A DNA stretch of 63,782 bases, the filler included, from Cercozoa sp. M6MM (Eukaryota > Protista > Endomyxa: Ascetosporea), in NCBI GenBank assembly GCA_040357565.1. It is 16 parts of 16 records of this genome, joined end to end, with 100 filler letters (N's around TTAATTAATTAA, not from the genome) between each part and the next. Parts side by side here need not be neighbours in the genome. Positions count along the whole stretch, not along the records: positions 44,350 to 56,856 come from JBDODJ010000377.1; positions 56,957 to 60,873 come from JBDODJ010001273.1; positions 60,974 to 62,413 come from JBDODJ010002033.1; positions 62,514 to 63,782 come from JBDODJ010002084.1; 12 more parts are not named here. The stretch is one strand, 5' to 3'. Positions 52,701 to 63,782 of this stretch are shown here, piece by piece. The notes under the pieces are model-generated. The model saw only the letters and a program-made list of their open reading frames with translations, did no database searches and was not told where the DNA came from. Positions within the stretch are counted from its first letter, which is position 1, and each line of letters starts with the position of its first letter. The position numbers and the translations under genes were made by a program.

Positions 52701-53630
52701 CGCAAGCCTCGAAGAAGAATTAGCTGCTAGGTAGCTCTGTAGCTCTGGTGTCTATGAGTAGATTGTAACTGCATCTCGTTGCGTTACAGTGCTGACCTGG
52801 ACTTTGTTTCGACCGAGGAAAGGAAGAAACGAAGGGCCGAGCGAACTGCTCAGGCGAAGAAATCGCGGCAGAGTGAAAAAGAAAAGGTTGAGCGCAGACT
52901 GCTCGAATCGCGAGTGTCGGAACTGCAGAAACAAGTGGAGTTTCTCATGAACAAGGAGCACTCACGTCTGCGAGAAGTCTCTACGATGCGAGCCCGCAAT
53001 TCACTGCTGCGAACGGAACGATCCGAGTTACAGACCAAGCTGCGTCAAAGCGCAGAGGAAGCAAAGGCACTGCGCGAAGAATGTGCCAAAGCACGGAGAA
53101 AACAACAGGCCACCAGCGACGAACTCGACCGTCTGCACGAAGTCTACAGCCACCCCTCTGTCCTCAGTGTGTCGCCTCATTCCAAGTCCTCTCCCGACGT
53201 TTCTCTCGGCAGAAGAAAACAACGACAGCAACGCTCACCATCAGCAGCAAAACACAAGCCGCAAGCGTTCAGGTCCTTCCGATCACCAAGCGATCCGCCT
53301 TCTCCGACGTACAAAGAGGTCGAAGATGAACTCGAATCCGTCCGTCGAAACTTGTCGAACAAACTGTCTGCAAAGCTAGCGCGACTGAAAGCAATCGAGT
53401 CTCGACTGGGTACCCGCCATTTCCGCCGAGAAGTTATCCTTAATGCCCAGCTTTTGACAGCGACAGTCGGTACCAGTGGTCGAAAGCGCCATCAAACCAG
53501 ACCTGTCTTTTCTCACCCATCCTATCGCCAGCCCTACCGGATAGGCGAAAGGCATCCTTCGTTCAGCACTCCCCTGAATCCTCTCGACGACAGTGCCTGC
53601 GATCTGGATTTGCCTTCCGTGACTGTGTGA
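49787..53630 (+). CDS. PH + RhoGAP + long coiled-coil protein (two short introns)
   Basis: PH start MKGVLLKRS...WQER-FVL; arginine finger TEGIFRTCGS; LKQIIRSLPE; KMDAKNLGVCLG; 917-aa open exon. Confidence 0.88.
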
Positions 53631-53840
53631 TAAATATCATTCGTTTGGCTTCAGGCGAAGTAGATTCAGTTTTAATTGCGAGTATACTAGTGCTGACTCG
53701 GATATTGAATGTTCGACCTTCCAAGCATAAGTTTACAAACTCGATTACGCGTCTACGGGCTATCGCCGCTCACTCATATCGAACGGTCAGTCACAACGTA
53801 ACTTCAATTTACATCCGTGAGACCCCTCCCCGCAGCCTAA

Positions 53841-55413
53841 TTAGTGCTGGGCAATCTCCAGGTTGGCAGTCAAGCTGCTGAGTTCCACAAGGAAGATGCG
53901 CGCCAGCTGTGGCAGTGTGACCGGAACATTCGTGTCCGGATCGCCGTACATAGCGGCGAAAGGAGTCAGGCTGACGAGAGGAGCCACGTAGGGAAGGTTG
54001 GCATAAGCGGCAACGCTGAACACGGACTCGAGCCACGCGAACAGTTGTGCCGAGTTGGCGACAATCTGCGTGCGCAGCTGCTCGTACAGTCCGGCGGGCT
54101 GGAGACGTTCGCGACTGAAGGTCAGAACATGACGCAGGCCAGTCGGTGTTAGCAAGAGATCTTGCACGACTGTCCAGGCCAGAATGGCACTGCGAATTTC
54201 GACAGCATGTGACAAAGCACGCGCGTTCAGCGCACACAGCTGCAGTGGGCGTGACACCGAGTCGATAAGCTCACTAGAGGCTAGGGTTTCGTTGATGCTG
54301 ATGTTGGCCTGGAGAATATTGACTCTCGTTTTCAATTTCCAGAGTTGGACTCACGTGTCTCCGCACGACAGAGGATATGCGATGCTGTTGCTCGTGAGAA
54401 AGAGGCAAGGCTTTTTCGATCTCCCGCCGCTCGAAAGCGTGCAGTTCGCGATGCAGGAGATCATTCCAGTTCGCAATCCAAGGCACGGTGTAACTGTCGT
54501 CCAAGACGAACGGAGGTAGACTGGAGGCTTCCGTCAGAGTAGGTGCAATTGTATGTGCACAGGTGCCACTATGCTTTCGCAATCCAGTCAGCAGGAAGTT
54601 CGATGCGGCATAACCACTGCCACTGCGCGCGATTGCAAAGAAACAGTTGAAGATCGTTTTCAAACAATATCACGTTTTCGATGGTGTTAATTTACCTGAA
54701 GTTCAAAATGAGGGAGGCCAGGTTCAGGCGAGGAAGCTCGAACTCAGCAGCAGTTGTGGGCTTGACTAAGGCACCACGTAGGCTTGCACAAGAGGTAAGA
54801 TTCTGCGCTGGCGCCGTCAAGGTGTGCGTCGAAACTGCCTGCAAGAGTCCTTCGATCTTTTGTGCTGCTGTCTTTACCGATGGGGGCTGTTCGTCGCGAC
54901 AGCGTGCGAGAGCGATCTCAAGCTGCAATGCCATAGAACTGGTTGCTTCGAGACCGGCCTCGAAACTGCCCTGAGGATTCGCGAGTAAGCAGTCGGCTTG
55001 CTGGTCGAGGTTCCGAATGGGTCCATGCTGTGGAAGCGGATGCAGCAGCATTGAGAACATGTTGCCATCAGCAACAGTATTCACAACGTCTTCTCGGATC
55101 TGGAGCATGGCTAGCGCAAAGTTGGTGTCTTCCCAGCCAGTCGAGCTGGCGGCGGCGGAACTCGCCGAGGCGACTCCCTGGCCCAACTTGAGTCCGACCA
55201 GCGTCAGCAAAAACTTAAGCTTCATGAGTCGAGTTCTGTCGAAGCACAATTCGGAGTCGCCCGAAACAGTATTCCAAACTTATTGAAGGATGCAACTGAC
55301 CCTAACGGTTTTACGGAGTTTTCTACACTGACTGCAGGCACTAAGTCTTCACTTCATCTTGCATTTTCGTCAACAGTTACGCCGCAAGTGCGCCGCAGGT
55401 GTGCACCCTGCAT
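53841..55413 (-). CDS. Hypothetical protein with short non-repetitive introns
   Basis: Consecutive minus-strand ORFs of 185, 129 and 164 aa; start uncertain. Confidence 0.45.
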
Positions 55414-55631
55414 GAGGTCAGTTTTGGTGTGTGTTTATTTTGTTTTCGTTCAGTTTAATCGCGATCGGAGTTTGCCTGTCCAAGTGACGAGGAATCAACA
55501 AGTCCGAAGACCAAAGACTTCGGATCATGTCGTATAGTCTGCAAATCCCTGCAAGTCTCAAGCATTGTTCTGAACTCCCGGAAGAACTCGAAAGCGACAT
55601 CGTGTTGACTGTCTGAAACTGAACCCGCCGA

Positions 55632-56758
55632 ATGCAGTTCTTGCTGTTCGCAACGCTTGCGCTGCCTTTCGCAACGGCAGACTCGGTCTACCAGGCCTGG
55701 AACAAATACCCGACTCCTTCTCCTACACCCTCGACCACGCCTCCAAGCGTCTACAAGTCGTGGGACAAGTATCCGACTCCAACGCCCACTCCTTCGGCCA
55801 AGGTGTACACACCTGCTCCAACACCGACTCCATCGAAGAAGTACTACACACCTGCTCCTACACCGACTCCTTCGGCCAAGGTGTACACACCGGCGCCCAC
55901 ACCGACTCCATCGAAGAAACACTACACACCTGCTCCAACACCGACTCCGTCGAAGAAGTACTACACACCTGCACCCACACCGACTCCATCGAAGAAGTAC
56001 TATACACCTGCTCCAACACCGACTCCATCGAAGAAGTACTACCCACAAACCCCGGCGCCGGGCTGTGCCAACCTCGACCCGGTAACGCACCCAGACCAGT
56101 TCAAGCTGCTTCATGGGTGCCACCAAAACGGAGATTGCGGCAAGGCATTCGCATGGTGTTTTGCTGTCTGACAGGGTTCGAGTATATTTGCATGACTGGT
56201 ACTGTATGTGTCCGCAGCAAGACTGACCCTCGTGTGGTCAAGCAAGTCGCCTGCCGACCCGAGGAGTGCCCGGGCCGTCTCGTGTGTCACGCGAAAGAAG
56301 CGGCGGACTTTGCCAACTGTCGCGACTTGACTGCTGCCGACGGAGTGCACCTTCTGGATGCTACGAACAGTACGACGCTCTTCCTTTAGTTCTCCTTCGT
56401 TTTTCTTCCTTTTGACATCTGACTGGATAAACTGACAGTCGACCTGACATGTGCCACCGAACACATCTTCCAGTGCTTCGACATTGTGACAAACGCTTTC
56501 GTCGACAACAAGCTCTGCGGCAACTGCAAGAACGTGCCGGTGCCTTGCCCCGCCGATCTGTGTCGACAGAAGAAAACCTACCCGACCCCCGCTCCGAGCA
56601 ACAAGATCTACCCGACACCCGCTCCGAGTAGCAAGATCTACCCGACACCCGTGCCCAGCAATCACAATACTACGACGCCTGCACCGACCAAGAAGTCCTA
56701 CACGCCAGCTTCGACTACCAAAAAGTCATACACACCGTCGCCCGGCATAACTATTAAT
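55632..56758 (+). CDS. Secreted Pro/Thr/Tyr/Lys-rich extensin-like protein with a central Cys-rich domain (3'-partial)
   Basis: Signal peptide [16 protein letters not shown]; 13-aa (39-bp) repeats [13 protein letters not shown]; Cys-rich middle; KIYPTPAPS repeats. Confidence 0.8.
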
Positions 56759-56801
56759 GTGAGTCTCGCAAGACATGAACTACTTTCTGTCTCCATCTAC
56801 A

Positions 56802-56855
<54 letters not shown>

Positions 56856-57334
56856 GNNNNNNNNNNNNNNNNNNNNNNNNNNNNNNNNNNNNNNNNNNNN
56901 TTAATTAATTAANNNNNNNNNNNNNNNNNNNNNNNNNNNNNNNNNNNNNNNNNNNNTTTTTTTTTTGCTTCCGTCCGTCCGGTCACTGGCAAACTGAGAG
57001 TACTCCCTCATTGCTTTCGTCCGGTCACTGACCAAGGCCTGATCGCTATCTGAGAGGGCTGCGGTAACATCGGCATGTGAAGATACACACACAGCATACG
57101 GAAACAGAGTATGGGTGGTAGCGGAGATCGCTATCAAACGAAGGAAACTGACCGACGTGAAATCAAAATATCTCGACAAAACAAACACACCTCGCTGCGC
57201 TGAGTAATTCGACTGTGCGTGCACACAGACCGAACTGGCAAAGCCAACGCAAGCTCAAGGGAGCGACTTAACGCTCGACTGGCTCGGATCGACGTCACTT
57301 AGCTTCCCACACAACAGCGAACACAACGCAGCGT

Positions 57335-58595
57335 CTATAGCGCCTGCAGAACGCCGATCGCACGCTCTGCTTCAGCGAGGAGGCGCCGGTCATCTTGTTC
57401 GCTCTTCATCAGCCGCGGCAAGAAGCGCTGCACCACACGGACGTTGATAAAAATAGAGACTGCAAAGTTTAACGCTTCACAGAAAAACGGCACCTTCAGG
57501 AAGAATTTCTGGTGCGTGCGCAGCTGCTCAAGCATCATGCCGGTTTTGCGTGGGTTGATCAGCACGAGCTTGAGGAGCGCCCACGTTTCCTTGCGCACGG
57601 CCTTGTGCTTGCCGCGGCACAGCGGCAGCAGCAGTTCCAATACGCGCACGTCGTTTACAAACTGCAATGCATGCGTAAGATGAAGAGACCGACAAGAATT
57701 CCACACAGACCGCGATGTACCTTGATCATGAAATAGTAGTGAGCACGTGTCGTCACTATTTTGCCCAGTGTCTTCAAAGCGAACCTTCTCGTCACGTACT
57801 AAAAGCATGCAGAGGTACATTTATACACAACGCTCGTACAGCGGAGTACCTGGTCCGAGGAAAGAAGCGCGTAGAAACGCTGCCCTACAGTGCGACTGCT
57901 GATGGAAGCACACTGACAGAACAGCGCTACACGTAGGTGTACCACAGTGTTCAGTCACCGGGAAGCCCATCCAAAGCTCGTACTGTATGTGCAGCGATTT
58001 GGCCACGACGGCTTCGTGCTTCGTCAGCAGCAGCTCGAGCGTGTTCATGGCGTCGCTCGCGACCTCGAAATTGTGAAGCTGCGCTGCTTCGCAGAGGCCA
58101 TTGATGAAATCATCCTGCGACAGTCAAGCATGATATGGTACACAGACTGCCACACAAAGGAAACACAGTGCTAGGCACCTGGGACAGCAGCCACTTGCAC
58201 AGCGGCTCACGACGCACAAGGATGCGCAAGATCTTGCCACATCTGTGTCTCCATAAAAACACATGATGTTTATAATGTCTCTGGTGTATGGTACGAAAGC
58301 CAGCTGTCGTGTCGACGGGCACCTTTCAGGAGCGACATGACCAGCGGCTAGAATGCAGAAAGCCACGGCTCAGCAAACCAGGTGAATGGAGAAGGGATCT
58401 ACGAAAAGCTGCTACCTTGCCTTGACGCAGCACGTACGTGATCGCCCGGCGGCGCACACTCGGCCGGAAGAGAAAACTAAACACCTACGTCAGGGGGAGG
58501 GGGTTAAAGGGTCAACGGTAAGGGGGGCATTGCTACCTGTGCAAAGTCCTTCTTTGCGTTGAAGTCATAGCGGCAGCTGAGCGTACTCGATGAAG

Positions 58596-58643
<48 letters not shown>

Positions 58644-58653
58644 NNNNNNNNNN

Positions 58654-58701
<48 letters not shown>

Positions 58702-59622
58702 GAAAAGTTACACGTGACGGGTTAAATCGCACAAGGCGCCGTCCGACGAGTCAAGTGACAGCGGCCGCGGTCTTCGTGGCCGGGGTGCCGTGACCTGTGA
58801 GGATACATTCAAAGTACATATCTACCTTAAAGAAAGACAAAATACAGCAGTCAAGGCATCGCTGGCGTCCTTCGAGCTCTGTTTCTCCGAGTGCTCGGCG
58901 TCGCCGAGAAGGAAATCCACCAGTCGCTCGAGCGGCTTGCTTTGCTCACTTTGCTTGGCCAGATTGGCCTGAACAACGAAGGAAGTACCTGCCTTGCTTG
59001 GTGGGCCGTGCGTGCGTATATATGTGAAAATATACCATATGAGACAGCGCAAACGACATGGCTTGGATGCTCTCCTCGACTGCCTCTGGCTGGCGAGTTG
59101 GCGGCTCGTCTACACGATCGAGCACGCAGTTGAACACATCAACGCAGCGGCAGCAACTCTCGATCGCTTCGTCCAGCGTCTGTAAGACAGCAAGCGTGCA
59201 CCTCAACAAAAGGATGAACACACCCACGCATACAGACACAGATGCGCTCGCGTACAAGTTCACGGCGTGTCTGTGCCAGCGTAGTCGGCAGCCAGTCGAT
59301 GCTACCAATGACGCTCTCGCCGGCACCGCTGTTCTGTGCCTAAAGCGCAGATCATGCTAGTTGTGCCCTTGTGGTTGTGCCCTTGTGTTTTGAGAACATG
59401 TTAAACTACCTGAGTTTGTAGAGCAGCACCTCCAAAACGACGCGTCATATCGTCAAAGTGCCCCGTGCCGTAAAGATCTACGAAGGGAACGCCTCCTGCA
59501 ACAAACAGTAAATATATGCGTGCGTTGCAAGTCTGCAAAGCCAATTCACCACGTCTAGGATCACGTGCGCCATGTCCGAGCGGACAGTACCAGGCGGCCA
59601 ATGCCTGCCACAGGGCCGTCAT
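57335..59622 (-). CDS. Divergent MO25/CAB39-like protein
   Basis: YDFNAKKDFAQVF, NFEVASDAMNTLELLLTKH and ETWALLKLVLINPRKT, collinear with MO25. Start uncertain. Confidence 0.72.
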
Positions 59623-60110
59623 CTGGAGCCACCAAAACACACACCTCGCTCGCATCCACAAAAACACACAAAAAAAAAGAAAAAAAAATCGGCGAACGCA
59701 AAGCGAAACACACGGCTCGCACTAACGTAAATTTCGGGCACTCAAGCGAAAGTGCACACTCTCACAACTTGCAGCGGTTCTGTGCGTACAACAAATGCTT
59801 GTACAAATACTGATCAAGAGATCGATCGCTGTGGCACCACTATCTGCTGTGCGGTATATCGATCACAGTACAATACAATACAAGTAAAACTCCTTATAAA
59901 CGTCCAAAAACTGACGTCTAACAGACGTCAATTCTGGGCTGGTATGGGCCGATAGTAGTCGTATATTTGGACGAAACCGGCCCAATTTGGGACATTTGAG
60001 GCGAAAATATATGAACACGTGATACCAGTGAGATCCAAAAGAACGTAAGCACCCGTGTGCACAGTCTATATAATGTTCATTAGAGCGCTTGCAGACGATA
60101 ACGACGAACC

Positions 60111-60638
60111 ATGGGACCGAGACGAAATCGAAGATCGGTGAGTGATTTTTTTAACACTGTTATAGCTTCCCTGAGAGCATTTTAGAGTCTTACAGCAGCC
60201 GTATTGACTGTGCTGATTGTGTACCTGTGCTGCGGTAGTCGATGGCCTGGTTGCTGAGCTTCAACGTGCGCGTGCACATCGTGAACTGCTCGACGCGACA
60301 CTTGCTGAACTCGCGCTCCATGGTGTCGCGCGACACGTAGGGATGGGTGAGCGTTCCCCTCCGTCGCCCGTGCGTTTGGTCTACACGAGCGACAAGAGCG
60401 TGGACATACGTGTTGTCTTCGCGTGCAGCCACTTCTTCGTCGTCGTTCTTGAACGCGATGTGCGTCGCGTCACCGTTTTCGACGCTCTGTCGCAAGTGAT
60501 GAGAGGAGTTTGGGAAGCTGTCCTGGAGGTGCATGCTGCGCCCTTGATCGACGGCGGGCATACTGAGTGGACGTTCCGTTGCGTGGTGGTGGAAGTGCAG
60601 TCGACGAATGAATGTCTTCTTCGAGCCTTTTCGCTGCC
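60111..60638 (+). CDS. Ulp1/C48-like cysteine protease (3'-partial)
   Basis: SHFFVVVLERDVRRVTVFDAL (His, Asp) and VQSTNEC (oxyanion Gln, Cys), in clan-CE order. Confidence 0.5.
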
Positions 60639-60651
60639 GTAACTGCGACCA

Positions 60652-60749
<98 letters not shown>

Positions 60750-60973
60750 ACACACATACACACACACTCACAAACACACGCACACAAGCACGCACGTACG
60801 CACGCACACACGCACACACACGCATGCACGCACGCACGCACACACACACACACAACCGCACGCACAAGTTCCTNNNNNNNNNNNNNNNNNNNNNNNNNNN
60901 NNNNNNNNNNNNNNNNNTTAATTAATTAANNNNNNNNNNNNNNNNNNNNNNNNNNNNNNNNNNNNNNNNNNNN

Positions 60974-61171
<198 letters not shown>

Positions 61172-61182
61172 AGGACGGGCTA

Positions 61183-62122
61183 CCTCGAACACCTCGCGGT
61201 ACCGGCCGTCGCTCATGTGCGCCACCAGTAGTTCTGTACCCCCAGATGGACACATACACACATGCACACATGCACACATGCACACATGCACACACTTAAA
61301 TGCACATGCACATAAGTGGGAGGACAAGGGTCAGGTGGACTCGGAACGAGGCTACGTTTTGGGTCGATCGGACTGGGCTGCGGCGGCGACGTGTGTGTGG
61401 GCACAATGACGCGCACGCCGACCTCCCTGACAGTGCCGGCGGCGGCGGCGACGGTGGGTGAACCGTCGAAACTGACGGAGACAACGTCGAGTCCACGTGC
61501 GGCACGTGCCAGACGGTGCCACTGGCGACACGAGGTACGTGACAGCTCGGTCAGCAGCGCCGTGTTCAGGTCGGAAACAGCGACGGTGCGATCGATCGTG
61601 GCTGCGACACCGTTAGACTGCGAAGACGGTGAAACAGACGGATCAGCGGTCACTCTGACGTGATCGGCAGTGACCACGTGCACCGTCAGTGAGAGTGCCT
61701 CGCTGACTTTCGGGAAGAAACGCACGCGTGCCTGCGACAACGTGAGTGGCAGCACCGTCACGACGGGCCACGTGGCATCCTGCGCACACCACTCAGTCAT
61801 TGGTAACACGTGGCCCCGACACTAACACATGGGCACACTGAGTGGCACGTGGGCGGGTGTACCGATCCGAGTGAGGTGGCCGCGAAGGCACGTGCCACCA
61901 CACTGTTGCTGCTGTTGTTGTTGTCGAGTGTGGCAACGAGTCGCGTCAGCTGGTGCCACATAGCGCGGCACTGCGCCGCCTGCGCCTGCACCTGCAGCAG
62001 TCGCCGCCTGCACTGCCTCTCGAGGCGGCGCCACTCGTCGTCGCTGCCGACGATGCCACTCCACAGCGACTGCAGACACCTGTCTGTCGGCAGGGGGGCA
62101 GGGTGTTGATACAGGGAGGCAT

Positions 62123-62163
<41 letters not shown>

Positions 62164-62363
62164 ACAGACACACAGACACACAGACACACAGACACACACA
62201 GACAGACACACAGACAGACACAGACGGACACAAGTGAGGTTGATGTACCCAGCAGCAGCACGAGCAGTCGGTGCGCCGGATTGGCACGTGAGGCAGCGCG
62301 CACCGTCATGCCGTGGCCACGCGGTCGGTCGGAGAAGCACAGCACCGACGGCATGCCCCACAC
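61183..62363 (-). CDS. Hypothetical multi-exon protein (partial)
   Basis: GC-rich exons between (GT)n introns; no family recognised. Confidence 0.5.
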
Positions 62364-62413
<50 letters not shown>

Positions 62414-62577
62414 NNNNNNNNNNNNNNNNNNNNNNNNNNNNNNNNNNNNNNNNNNNNTTAATTAATTAANNNNNNNNNNNNNNNNNNNNNNNNNNNNNNN
62501 NNNNNNNNNNNNNGGGCAAACAAGTGGGTAAACAAGTGAGTAAACAGGAGGGGGGATATACAGGGGGGTAAAACTAC

Positions 62578-63749
62578 CCGAGAGCACCGGCACCGACGAC
62601 GAAGAACTTGCCGTTGGCGATGCGTCGCTGTGCCTCCTGACCCAGCACGGCCACCTGCCACTGGTACCGCGACTCGGCCGGCTCACGCGCGTCCGCGCGG
62701 ACCGCCTTGTCCGGCACCAGCTCGAACGCGTCCGTGTGTAGCCACTGCTGCACCGGCGTGTACTTGCCCGTCGCCTTGACGATCTCCTGCGCCACCACGC
62801 CGCCCAGGAACGCCGTGAAGCCCACCAGCTCCGCTCTGCCCACACGGGGGGTAAAGGGGGTAAAGGGGGCAAAGAGGTAGGGGTGACAAAGGGTTAGGGA
62901 GCAACACACCGCGCATACAGCGCCGTCAGTCGCACGACCTTTTCGTCGATTTCGTCGAGCACAATCGCCGCGTTCTCCTGCTTGCCGTTCTGCTCCTTGT
63001 GCCTGGGGGGGGGTAAGCGGTAAAGGGGTCAGGGGTAGGGGTAAAGAGGCAGAAGTACTTGGCCATAATGTCCTTAGCGAACTGCACGCACTGCTCGGCC
63101 GCTTCGACGTCGTGCAGCGGCGGCAGCTCTCCCTGTCAAAGGGGGGGGGGGGGGTAAATGGGGGTAAAGGGGGTGGGTGGGGGACAAGTACGTGCTGCTG
63201 TTCGTAGTGCCACAAGGCGAGCTTGGCCACGTGCAGCTGTTCCGACCGACCGAACTTGCCGTAGTCCGTCAGTAGCATGCCCTGGGAAAGGGGGGCGGGG
63301 GGTAAAGAGGGTGAGGGGATAGGGGGGTAAACCTACCCACTTGCCCGGAGCAACCGGCTGCTTCAGCGCCTCCGACAACGGTCGGAAATCCATCACCTAC
63401 CGGGGTTAAAGAGAGGGTTAAAGAGGGGGTATAGAGGAGGTATAGAGGGAAGTAAAAGCACTACCTTCGGCTTCTTGACGGCCGTGGCCATGCCCGAGTA
63501 GACACCGTCGGCCTTCTCGAACGTCGCCTTGAGCTCGAACTTGTTGAACTTGAGCACCTGGGGGAGGTAAAGGAGGGTAAAGAGGAAGGGGGTAAGGGGG
63601 ACAAACCTTGACAGCGAACTCCTTGTCGTTGAGTTCATCAACACCATCAGCAACGGTGCCGTCCTCAGTGAGCACGTGCACACTCTCGAGTTTCACGGCA
63701 CCGTCATCCTCCAGTCCGTGCTGACCGTCCGTCGAGATCGTTGCCACAC
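62578..63749 (-). CDS. UBA1: Ubiquitin-activating enzyme E1 (internal fragment)
   Basis: HGLEDD, LLTDYGKFGRSEQLH, AFLGGVVAQEIVKATGKYTPVQQW and SRYQWQVAVLG...FFVVGAGALG. Confidence 0.92.
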
Positions 63750-63782
63750 CTGGGTGGGGAAGGGTATAGGAGTAAGAGGGAG

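Noticed and set aside
55790-56045. CRISPR-like regular repeats
   Set aside because: The 39-bp units are contiguous coding repeats with synonymous variation and no unique spacers; no cas genes are present.
35686-59622. Apparent signalling cluster (CYRI, striatin, RhoGAP, MO25)
   Set aside because: The genes are on different concatenated contigs, so their proximity is artificial.

Overview
This is not one locus. It is 16 short contigs of a fragmented eukaryotic (protist-like) draft genome, joined by 15 artificial N44-TTAATTAATTAA-N44 linkers, so adjacency across linkers means nothing. Genes are compact, GC-rich and intron-dense, and appear to use the standard code. Most introns are filled with simple repeats such as (CCCCCTGTTTA)n, (GT)n, (AT)n and (TTTCGC)n, and most contig ends fall inside these repeats. 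I spliced the genes by hand and recognised: TRF4/PAPD5-like poly(A) polymerase, CK1-like kinase, permuted papain-like amidase, AROM-type EPSP synthase, Naa50/60-like GNAT, TYW1, GT92-like glycosyltransferase, fatty-acid-hydroxylase family, EcKL kinase, TFIIB-like 3' end, MORN-RING protein, CYRI/FAM49, striatin-like WD40, DNA2, DLEC1-like, COX10, PH-RhoGAP, an extensin-like secreted protein, MO25-like, Ulp1-like protease and UBA1. Four leads stand out. (1) A highly iterated 10-bp palindrome, TCCGCGCGGA, has 15 exact copies in exons and introns and recalls cyanobacterial HIP1. (2) TYW1 is fused to an N-terminal cytochrome b5 domain with a predicted myristoylation site. (3) A family of introns is built from a G4/i-motif-type minisatellite that can itself supply the GT donor. 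(4) A 100-bp SINE-like insertion with a 17-bp target-site duplication matches the structured 3' end of a decayed non-LTR element. All protein calls come from motif recognition by eye; no database searches were run, and gene spans include introns.
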